In this document: one piece after another, positions 25,915-36,196 of the stretch | Position numbering within the stretch: the stretch's first letter is position 1 | How the letters are laid out: each line of letters opens with the position of its first letter | Source of the DNA: Amoebophrya sp. A120 | Taxonomy: Eukaryota > Protista > Dinoflagellata | Length of the DNA stretch: 64,000 nucleotides | Direction of reading: 5' to 3' | NCBI GenBank assembly: GCA_905178155.1 | Contig: CAJINV010000002.1 | Span: 7,532,743-7,596,742, forward strand | Notes under the pieces: model-generated | Databases searched by the model: none | What the model was told of the DNA's origin: nothing | Seen by the model: the letters and a program-made list of their open reading frames with translations, nothing else | Made by a program: the position numbers and the translations under genes

Positions 25915-26617
25915 GTAGTGAGGTCGTGGGCGTTTTCTTGCCGGTCGCCGCCTTGGTCGCGGCTTTGATTTTTCTGGGCCCGCCATACCGCCGAGAGTAA
26001 CGCTAGGCCACACGGTATGGCGGCCGCCTGATAAGCGTCGCAAATTTTGACAAATTTTCGAAATTCCTTTCCGAAAGCCAGCCCCCATGCTATGAGGCCG
26101 ATCCGGGCGCCACGGGGGGCGCCCAAAAAGCGAGGAAAAATCGGGCCCATAGAATGCGGATTGGCTTTGCGCGTCTGGCGCGCTTTTTCTTTTTTTCGTT
26201 TTTATATTTCTCGCCAGCGCTTTTTGCAAAGCTTCCCAGGCTCTGAAAACGGCGAAAAGGCGGCCGCTTTCGCGGCCGCCCAAAATGCTCCGAAATCGCG
26301 GCCGTGCCATGCTGTTTCGCTGTTCTGATTTTGGGCGCGTTTTTTGCGCGCCCCTTTTTGGGCGCCCCAAATCGCCAGAAGCCAAGGCGGTGGGCGCCTC
26401 AGAAGGGCGCCCCATTTGCCGGCTCCCCTGCGTCGTTTTATCAAGTGCGAATCGATAGTTTTCGACCGGGCTTGTTTGACAACAAAGCCCCGGCCGCTTG
26501 ATAATTGGAAATTTTTTATGTCAAAAAAGCCTTCCGGCCGCTTGAAAACTGCCGGTCGTTTTTCACGGTAGGTGGCAAAAAAACTCCCCGGTTAGAACCG
26601 TTCGGTGACCTCACTAC
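25915..26617. mobile_element. Candidate intergenic MITE-like element (~700 bp)
   Basis: Perfect 11-bp IR GTAGTGAGGTC (25915-25925) / GACCTCACTAC (26607-26617) plus a subterminal match (GGGCGTTTTCTTGCC vs rc GGGAGTTTTTTTGCC). Interior alternates A/T runs and GC blocks. No 5-bp TSD. Confidence 0.5.
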
Positions 26618-26817
26618 ATACAAGTTGTTGAAGCCGCCCCAATATAAAACTTCAACTCAAACACCACTCACAAAAAATGAACATCAGAGCTCTTGCTAAA
26701 AACGAACTCGCTTCAAATCCTTAAAAAATTCTACAAAAAAATTTTCATCTGCATACGTGGCACGGATCCGGCTTTTCTAAACGCCTCCGCGCAGCAAAGA
26801 TCAATCGCGAACAATTC

Positions 26818-29248
26818 TCATCCCTCCAGCGCAGTTATCACTTCCAACAAGCCAAACCTCAAGACCAGCAACCCGAGAAAAATCCCAAAAACGAGCGCTT
26901 GCCCCACCATGGGCCCTGCAATCCCCTTTTCCTCGACGGTGGACACCATTTTCGGACCCAGCGCGTATGCAACGGAACTGGTGTAGGCCCACTTCAGCGA
27001 GAACAGGAAGAGCAACACGGGTTTCACGACGAAGGGGATGTCGTCCTGATTAATGACGGCAACAATGACTCCGACCGGGATCACGATGCTGCAATAGACG
27101 AGGATGGAAATGAAAAACCGCGAAGCTGTCACTTCGTCGCGGGAAGCCGTGGTGTTGGTCGGCTCTGTCGCTGTTCCTTTTCCAGTCGTCGTAGCTTCCT
27201 TGCTGAAGGTGGGCTTGGAAGTATCGACGTCAGCAATGGTCTGCTCACCAACGTCCGCACTGAAGCCGGTATTCGCTTGCGATGTTCTCTGGTCCCTCAA
27301 ACTCGAAGTAGGAGAGCCATTTTCATCAGTTGCGGATGCGGCCACATCCTCCAAGCCCGCCTTCTCGTTCATCCCCGCATGAAGATGAGCGCTCTCCTTG
27401 TTCTCGTCGCCTTTGTTGACATCAATACACTCTTCAACATCGTCGCTGCTGTCTTTCTGCAAGTAGCTTGCGGTGAATCTCCCAGCCAAGTCGCCCACGA
27501 TGAACATCGTCAGCAACACTTTGAACTGCACCCGGTCGGGATCCCTCTCCTCCGAAAGTGGCCAAATCGCCAAGACCACCGCCGGCCAAATGCAATGGAC
27601 GTGTGCAACAGAAATAATTTTCCGGACATAAGAATGAACAATGAAGATGAACGTACAACAATAACAATTCTATCACTGAAAAAGAAAACAAAGGTCATAT
27701 TCATTATAGAAAGCGGTTGTCCCCTGCCACGTGTATAGCGAAATCAAGAAGTCAGTATTGCATCATTATCATCATAATGCGCGGAAAATTTCCTGCGGAT
27801 AGCAGGCCGAAGAATAGCAGAAACACGCCGACAACCACGCGCCAGGTTTTCTGGAACACGCGTCGATACACGGAAAGCTCGGGTAGCGAGGAGGCCAAAC
27901 TGGCTAGGGACAACGCGCTCGTCGGGATCTTCAGACGTGGTTGTGAGGATGAGGCAAGCTCTTCTGTGCTAGGCGGGGTTGAACTGGAAGCGAAACTGCT
28001 TCTCCGGTTTCCAGTGGCAGCATCTCCGTCGAGTGTAACGTCCTGCAGCTGGAGGCCGTTCTTCGTGTCGCTTGGGCTGGTGCGGTGTTCGTGTTCCTGT
28101 GGCTCCGCATTGGATTTTTTGGAGCCGTCGAGAACAAGGTCGTGTTGCTCCGAAGTGGTATTTTGATTAACATGCGGTTGTGCCGTGTGATTTTCTTCCG
28201 TTTTTGAACCAGCTGCTGGAATTTCCCCACTACTTCCATTCATCTTTCCGAACAGTTTCTTTTCCGCCAACACGAAGGCGGCGATCACTGCCAGGAAACA
28301 GCAGACAAAAATCGCGAGCGCCATCTCCTTGCCCGGCTTCGGAAAGATCCACATCAACACAAGCCCCGGAACTCCCGAGATCGCGGTGCCCTTGCTCCAG
28401 GCGTACTGTGCCCGTTCCGCCTCGGTTTTCTGCTTCGCCGCCACCGCCAAAACACTGCTCATGAAGAACTGCTGCCCGCACCCGAGGAGAAGCAGCGAGG
28501 AGTAACCAAACACGTTCTTCAGAGTGTCACTAGCTTGTTCAGAGGACTCAGCTCTTTGTTCCGAAGAAGTCGCAGGCGTTTGCGTTGTTGATGCACCAGC
28601 AGCAGCGGTTGTCGAAGAGGACAGTAATACGATGAAGAAGAACGTCACGCTGCAAGTAATCATTAAAAGACAGGACAGTGCGAAGAGTTTCTGCAGGTTC
28701 CGCTCATCCTCAAATTCCCGGACCTGCTCGCACTGCGAGTGCCGCACCCGCGACGGAGCGCAGGAGATGCTCGCGCGCAGCCAGGTGAAAAGCGGGATGG
28801 CGAAGCACTGTGCGGCCGCGATCGTGAGTGTGGACGTTTCCGCCCAACCGATATTCCCGCTCGTGAAAACGTTGTTGTGCAGGTAATCCAAAACAACCAG
28901 CTGTCCCTGGAAACCGACCAGCAGGGTGAGACCGAGGTACCCGAACAGGTGGGAAGTGGAGATCAAATCGGCGATAGTTGAAACTCGTTCCCCATCATGC
29001 GGAGCTTCTTGGTCGTGCGGCGCAGTCACGAGATCTTGGAGGTTTTGTGGAGAAAGCGGCGACGTTGCTGCCGATTTATTTTTCGACGACGGGTCCAGCT
29101 GAAGGTGCTGGCCGCTCTCTTCAGAGAGGGAATGAAACTCGTCGTCGTGTGGATTCATTTTGTTCCTCGCAAAGGGCAAATTCTGGATGTCGTCGGGGTA
29201 GAACGCTCTCTCTTTCGTCGCACTACCAGAGTCGTAGTGGTTTGGCAT
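26818..29248 (-). CDS. Equilibrative nucleoside transporter (ENT/SLC29 family), ~743 aa
   Basis: Multi-TM protein with ENT-like segments LFGYLGLTLLV...LDY, GCGQQFFMSSV, VFQKTW...GNFP, FIVGDLAGR, AYTSSVAYALGPKMV...E...AG...GIFLG. Two ORFs joined across a ~199-bp non-canonical intron (about 27583-27781). Confidence 0.8.
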
Positions 29249-29707
29249 TTGTTACTTTTTCTTTTACGTTACAATCAGGAAGTTAAGACTGCGCTTCGAG
29301 ATCAGAAACTTCTTCTATCGAGGTCGAGGACATCTTGAAAGTTCAGAGCATCCTCAACTTCACCAAAACAAACTTTTACGAAGATTTTCTATGCCATGTC
29401 CAAACAGAAGCAAAATACTTCTAAAGAGAACGTTGTGATTGGGTACTGTATGGCGATCAAGGAGCAGACTCTTTTCCTTTTTTTCCTTCGTGGTTCACTA
29501 TCTCAGGAGTCTCAACATTGTCCACTATAGTTTTCCTCCAACACAGGGCCGCGATCTAGGAACGAAGGTTGAACACAGAAACGAACAGCATTCCAGCATT
29601 CTTTTTGTCAGGATTCAACTTCGACGTGTTGACATATATAAATCCAGCGCTCGCTTCCACTTTGGTCGTCGAAACTCGAAAGGGTACATGTACAAACTTC
29701 ATCAATA

Positions 29708-31991
29708 TCAAATTGTTCTCGCAACGCGCTTAAAAACAGTTCGCGCATACTGTCCGCCAGAAATGGTTGACAGCGCCGCAGCCGCCCACAAACTGAGCAA
29801 TCCCAAAATTTGCAAGTTCGGGTTGTGTGGTTGCAAGCAGTCGGGGAAATAGGTCCTCTCAATTTGCCGACTGGATGTTGGTCCTGCTGAAACTACACTT
29901 GAGCTGCCCAAAATCTGCGCACTCTTTCCTGCCAGTGCTGAGGCCCCAGCGATGCCTGCGTCGTTACTACCTGAATGTTGTTCTATTCGGTTGTCCAGTA
30001 CACGCGTCACTCTTGTCGTGGTTACCTCCTCCATAACTGAGACCTTTTTCCCACTAGGCGAATGCTGCTTCCCACTTTCCGCCACCGCAGCTGTTGCGGC
30101 CTGGGTCCCCCGTCGCATCTCCATGTACGCCGGCGCTGGTGGAGCTGATCCTCCGGAGGTAACTCCTGCGGGTGAAGGCTGCTCTGTTCCGCCCAAGAAG
30201 CGTTGGTTCACGACGGTAGCGCCGGGTCTACCGGCGGCGCTGCTGGAGGTGGAATTTTGAGTTTGATGCTCATCATCTCCAGCCAGCTTCATTGCAGCTT
30301 TCTCGCCCTCACCCAGAGCTCCTGCAACGCCAACAGTTCCTGCACCCGTACCCTGCTCCAGTCTCTGCTCCACTCTTTCCGTCCTTGTGGTTCTCGTCGT
30401 CGTTTCAATTTCGCGGTCTCCACTACGTTGCGGGGACGACCTGGTTTTTGGGCGCTGGTCTGTTGTTGTCGCATCATCTCCACGAGATGAACCCTCTCCT
30501 CCTGCTCCGCTGGACCTCCTGTAGTCCAAAACATCGACGTACAGCAGTAAAATCACGGACACCAGCTGGAAAGTGGTTTTCCACTTCGCTAGTCGTGTCA
30601 CGGACAACTGCGAGGTCCGGTTTGTGCTTCCCTCGGTCGGCTGCAGCACAATCGGACTGTTGTCGGTCGTGTGTTCGAGGACCGTTTTCTGTCCGCTCAG
30701 CACCTGGGCCTGTTGTTGCGCGTTCGCGGCGATACCGCGCGCGAAAGGGCTCGAGCCGATAAAGAAGCGGTCCATGTTATCAAAGTGAAAAATCCCCCCT
30801 CCCCATATTGAAGCGGAAACTTCTGTTGCTGGATTTGTGTACACAAATCAGGCCTGTCATGCAGTGAGGCACTACAGGCAAAGCCTCAGCCTGCGTAGGG
30901 GTGTTCTGTTGTAGGCGCTTAGCATAGCAGAGGCCTGCCATGTAGATGAAATAGCATTACAAATCGCCTCCATAAGGTGGCGGATTCTTTGGCTTTGCCT
31001 TCTTGCAAGAGAGACAGGATTTGTGGTCACAAATCAGCATCGCAAATTTAGGAACATACCTTTTCAATATGGGGAGGGGGGATTTTTCCTTACAATACGT
31101 GTCGGAGATGGCGTAGAGCTCGCGCAGCCCCGCGACCAGCAACTCGCGGGAGGCCATAACCAGAACGGGAATCGTGATCATCGGGGAGTAGAACTTCTCA
31201 ATCAGCAGGCAGGACGTGGACAACACCACAATTTTGTCCACCACGGGATCCAGCCAAGCCCCGAAGGGGGAGCTCTGTCGCAGCATCCGCGCAGCCACCC
31301 CGTCCAGGTAGTCGGTGAGCGCGGAAATGGAAAACAGCGCCGTAGTCAGCAGCGGCTCGTTGGCGAAGTAAAAGCTCGCGACGAGCAGCGGTTGCATCCC
31401 GAGCCGGGTAAGGGTTAATATGTTCGGGATGGTGAGCAGTTTGGACATCGGCGTGGTCGGTTGCTGCTGAGAGGCGGCGGCTTTGTCGGAAAACGATTTG
31501 TTTTCCGGCGTGGCGGTTGAGAAGCTTCTTCGAAAGCTGGGAATGGCAACATTGCCAGGCCCGTTTGTTCTCTGTGAAAATATCCGAACTTCGTTGACCA
31601 CGTGTGGTGCGACGAGACGCGTCCCTTGCATTTGATTTCCATCCTTGATTCGGCAAGAGGGAAGACCACTTCTCCGGCATTTACCGAATAGGTTACGACC
31701 ATTTTTATTTTGTGACGTCGTGCATAAAAGTTTTCGAGGCTGGGGCATGTCCCTAGTCGCTGTCGCTGCAATTTCAGATACTAGTCTGAGAGGAGCAGGG
31801 ACAATTGAGAAAAGCGCGTCGCTGGAGTGCTGCGCCGGCCTCGGGTTCTTGAGGAAATCGACAAAAAAGCAGGCAGGAGCCAAGTGCGCTTCCCTTGCGT
31901 TTTGCTTTTGGCGATCATCGCGAGTGACGTGCTTGATCGAGGGGTGGCGTCGTTTGAATACCTTTCTCGAGCTGCGCCGCGCCACAAACAT
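29708..31991 (-). CDS. CDP-alcohol phosphatidyltransferase (PgsA/cardiolipin synthase CRLS1-like), probably mitochondrial
   Basis: TIPNILTLTR, TDYLDGVAAR...SPFGAWLDPVVDK (family signature), SRELLVAGLRE, LAKWKTTFQL, LWAAAALSTISG. RRSFST presequence-like motif. join(31103..31991,29708..30777) = 1959 nt; start codon uncertain. Confidence 0.9.
30778..31097. mobile_element. TIR introner family B copy 1, 320 bp, TSD CATGT/CGTGT
   Basis: Left TATCAAAGTGAAAAATCCCCCCTCCCCATATTGAA; right rc TATTGTAAGGAAAAATCCCCCCTCCCCATATTGAA. Opposite orientation to copies 2 and 3. Confidence 0.93.
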
Positions 31992-32429
31992 GTCTTTTGT
32001 TTTTTCAGCTTGACATCGTCGAAGGTAGGATCGATCTGCAAGTGGTAAACGCAGAACAGATTGATACTAGAGCACAAATATTTGCATGTGTGAGAGGAGG
32101 ATAACGATAAATCTGTCCGAGAGTCAGAAATGAAGAAAATAAAGCTCGGCAGGGTTCACATCCAACAAGGAAACTGCAGCGGAACGAGGTCTGCAAAGTG
32201 CTTGCATACTCGTAGAGACAATAGCGGGATCACTAGCTGAGAACTGAAATAAATTGCCTGGAGGTTCAAGTTGATCGACGCTAACAATCAACATGAGCGT
32301 CCGTGGCCCAAAAAGAAGAACAAAGAGCGAAAGTTTCAAAAAAATAGGGTCGGTGCTCGCTTCTTCAGGCGATCGGGTTCGGGTGCTGGCTTCTTCAGCG
32401 TCAGAAAAATCAAAATACATCAGCGCAAC

Positions 32430-34340
32430 GGCGTGGTCGGTAAATCATCGCGCGCGCCGGCCAGGACACACAGCTGGCGGCCGACCACGCCCTGTGGTCC
32501 CAACTCCCCAACAAACGGACTTACTACCCTACCAACCTAGGCGGCGGGAATGGCAAAGGAAAAGGAAGGCGCGCACCGGCCCCCCCCCGTGCCCCGGCAA
32601 AGCGCCGCCGCGCCCCCCCCCCCTTTTCGGCTGCCGGCAGGGGCGCAGACAAAGAAGGCAGCGGGCGCAATCGGCGCGGTGCCTGTCCCGCAGGGAGGCC
32701 GGCACGCATGCGCCAACGCTATCAACCGGCCCGCCCCCTAGGGCGCGCCAGCGTCCACAGAGAGTGGCAGAGGCTTTGTGGTCGGCTCTCCTCGCGCGTC
32801 TTCTTCGTCTTCTCCGATGCTGGCACTTTGGCCCAGAAATCTGGCCAATCGCGCACCAGTTCGGCTATCGCACGGCATAGGCAGCGAGCTGCCGCCCGCT
32901 GGGGCCGAGGGAGGCCTGCCGCGCAAGGCCCGGAGAATATGGGGCAAGTCCGTAGCGTTCTCCAGTCTCCCAAGCTGGGGCGGCTCGCCGTCCAACTTGG
33001 TAGCGACGTGAGCACCGTGATGCGCGGCGGGCCCGGCCGGGGGCTGCCTCGGCCAACATACACTGGGCGGCGCGACTTTTTCTCTGGCGTGTGCGGCTTG
33101 GGCCGCGCTGATTTTGCGCTGGTCGCGACGGCGTAGCGCGCCCGGCCTTTGTGCCTTCTTTCCTTGCGCGTTCGCCGACGAGGGCGCCCCCAAACTTCCC
33201 CCCATTGTCCTGCCTTCGCTTGGATTGGCCGGCCCTGCCGATGTCCGTCGCCCTATGCGCGAGAAAACCCAGGCGGCGCGCTTTGCTGGGCCAGGTGCCA
33301 TACTTCGCGGCGCCACGCAGCGCTGCGAAGTAGCGACCTGCGGCAATGCCCGTCGTGCGCGCGGGCGTTGGTTCGCCGGGCGGCAACTGTACAAAGCAGC
33401 AAGCGCAGCGCCGGCGCGGCGGGGTGCCCTAAATGTTCGCCGAGAAAAAGCGGCCGCCCAGGATGCGAACTAGAGGCGGGCCCTCGGCGGGCCCAAACAG
33501 GGGGAGGCGGGGGGCCCGGACTTGCGCCTGGGCCTACTCCCCATCCGCGGAAGAGCGCGAACCGGGCAGGGCCTGCCGCGCTCGTCTTTGAGACCCAGCG
33601 GACGGAACACCCCGCCCCCGGCCCAAACAAAAGGGCCAACGAATGAAAGCGCTGCGGGCCGGCGAGCTTCTGGGTCCGCATCGCTGTGACGAATCCAATC
33701 GCTCGACTTGAGCAACGAGGCGCACGCGGAAACTCCCCGGTAGTTCTCCGGCTTTTTCCCGCAACCTTTCTTGTGCAGGGGCGTGATTCGCGTGGTTCGG
33801 AATTTTTGTTCAATCTTACCAAGCGTCCCCGACCTGATTGCCGTGCTGAGGTGGCCCAGAAGAGTCTGCGGGTGTTCATCCCGGGGCCGAAGAGAGGCGC
33901 CAACTGGCCAACCAAGATGACCGACCGACGGCCTTCGCCCTTTCAACGCCGTGCGAAACTCGCTCCACAATAGTGGTCGGCTCGTCTAGCATCTTGATGC
34001 CGGCCTATCGGAATTCTGGGGCGCCGCGCTGCCCTCCCTTGCCGAGAGGAGAGGGCAGAAAAACGGAGGCCGTCTCCATCTGGGCGGGGGGAAATTGCCA
34101 AGGGGGCCGCGGGCGCGGCGGGACGCGGGCCCAGGGCAAACAGCTTGGGCCCGCGCGCCGGGGGCCATACACACCACGGGGGGGGGGGCGGAGAATAAGC
34201 CCCGCCACCCGACCAGCCAGGGGCCACTCTCTTTGCGATCTTGTCCGCCAGCAACCCGCCGAAGCAGCTCAGCACCGCGAGCAGGCGCATCGTAACACGG
34301 CACAGGGACGCGGGCAGCTCCTCGCCGGCGCTATTTAAGT
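32430..34340 (-). mobile_element. Degenerate non-LTR retrotransposon (LINE) reverse transcriptase remnant, GC-rich
   Basis: FRTTRITPLHKKGCGKKPENYRGVSACASLLK (about 33690-33805) matches the LINE RT signature WKxAxIxPxxKKG...PxNYRPISL...K. Further decayed RT motifs follow in the correct order with frameshifts. Outer boundaries taken from the composition shift and approximate. Confidence 0.8.
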
Positions 34341-34669
34341 GCCAGCATCCTGCTGCTGCGATCCTCGTCAAGGAGGTACTTCCATCATGGATTCTGTCGC
34401 CAGACCCTGCCAATAATGTGTAGGCACTAGTAATGGGCCAAAACAGATCACAAAGAACACCACTACTACACGACAGGAAGATGGATCTTAATCAACATCA
34501 GCAGCAGCATTATCATAAGATCCGAGAGAGAACCGAAAGAGGACCACGATGAAGGGCCAGAATTTCATATATAATTGCAGTGCTTTTGTGTGAGTGTGTT
34601 TCTCCGGGACAGCACCTCCAAAATGATGATGATCTGTAAACTGGCATGATCAACACTGATACCGCGCCA

Positions 34670-35589
34670 GAGCAATTGGTGCTCCTCGTGGAAGCTGAGC
34701 GAGCTGCTCGTGATATCGCTTATCTTCTCGTGTTTTGCCTGCAAGTCATGTGGTGTGATGCTTTATTTGGTGACCTATGTATTATGTGCGGGAATGTCTT
34801 CGTGACGCCATGTCTCAGGTTGTGAGAAATCTTAATGGTCATGAGAAGTGAGTGCTCTGTATGTTCGCTGTGGATAACAGTAACGGATTCGCTTCAAAAC
34901 TCGCAAAAAAAACTCTGGGCACACATATCTTCAAATCGTGACTTTGCACGACTCTGCTTTCATGTTCTAGTTCTACCGCGAAAAGACATTGATGAGTTGC
35001 AAAAAGTTACATTGAATAGAAGGGGTAGCTTCCATCTTCCTCTCGATCACACCACAACGTGGGTAACGTGCAGGCGTCAAGAGGCACTCCATGAGGGGAG
35101 TAAGATTGAAATTGATTTGAAGGCAATGCGAAAGGCAAAGGGATAGCATTAGCAATAAAACAGTGAATGACAATAAAAAAGGAAGCCTCCTTCGTAGAAC
35201 TAGAAGTAATGTCCAACTATAACTACTCCGCTTCCTCACTATGTGGTGTTGTTATTTCATGTACTTAAGTACTTACAAATTCCTTTTCCTATGCGGTTGA
35301 AGTCAAAGAATCTTCCGCTCTTTCCAGCGTGTTCAGTATAATTGAAATCACGACATGAAAAAACGGTCTCCTCGGTTCCACCTCCCGCGAGTACTCCTCC
35401 ATACTCCCAGCTCCATAATTCACTGGCGATGACAGCGATGATTTGTTGTTCGGAGAAAAGTTGCTTTCTCCTCCACCGCCTACGCCCCCTATTAACACAT
35501 CGCTATCATCCTCCACGACGTAGATTCGCTTCGCACTCAGTGCCTCCATCGCCTTGGCGCACTCGTCCCGGGACATGAACGACCTCTTT
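34670..35589. repeat. Diverged tandem duplicate of 35604-37200 (gene 3' end plus downstream sequence), lacking the 761-bp element
   Basis: Collinear blocks: 34681/35610 GCTCC..GAAGCTGAGCG; CATGTCTCAGGTTGTGAGAAATCTT in both; AGAAGGGGTAGCTTCCATC in both; TTCCTCACTATGTGGT in both; 35350-35589 vs 36199-36380 + 37147-37200. Confidence 0.9.
35345..35589 (-). pseudogene. Uninterrupted duplicate of exons 2+3 of the 36197-38684 gene
   Basis: Encodes KRSFMSRDECAKAMEALSAKRIYVVEDDSDVL...EPRRPFFHVV without interruption; lacks exon 1 and the original stop codon. Confidence 0.8.
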
Positions 35590-36196
35590 GTAGAAGCTGT
35601 AGAAGCAATGCTCCTTGTAGAAGCTGAGCGCGTTCGTGACATCTTTCTTCTCGTGTGTTTGCCACTGCAACTCATGTGTTGTGATGCTCCTGGTGACCTA
35701 TGTATCAAGTTTGGGTGTGGGACTGTCTTCATGGCAACATGTCTCAGGTTGTGAGAAATCTTGACTGCGCACGACTCCTCTTTGATGGTGTGGATTGCTT
35801 GCAAAACTATAATCAAAGAAAACAAGTAACAACAGAGCAGAAGGGGTAGCTTCCATCGTGTTCCTCTCGAACGCGCTACAACGTGGGTAACGTGCAGGCG
35901 TCAAGTGGTAGTGGTACTCAGTGGGGAGAGTAATAAGAAATGCGGATTTTTAACTTATGCGAAATGGAATTGAAAGAGACTGAGACTACACCTACAGTAA
36001 ATGGAAATGAATGAAAAGAATGAAATTTAAGGCACGTGTTGGAAACCTCGTTTGTAGAAGCTTACAGCTACTACTTCGTTTCCTCACTATGTGGTTTTTG
36101 TTTTTGTGGTCGTGCAAAAATGTATTCAGACTTTGAAGTAGAATATTCATTGCGCGGGTAAATATGAAACATCACCTGCGGAAAAAATCTAAAGTT

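Noticed and set aside
25916-26616. CACTA (En/Spm) transposon suggested by TAGTG and CACTA
   Set aside because: The motifs are in the wrong order (TAGTG...CACTA), the IR extends inward, and there is no 3-bp TSD.
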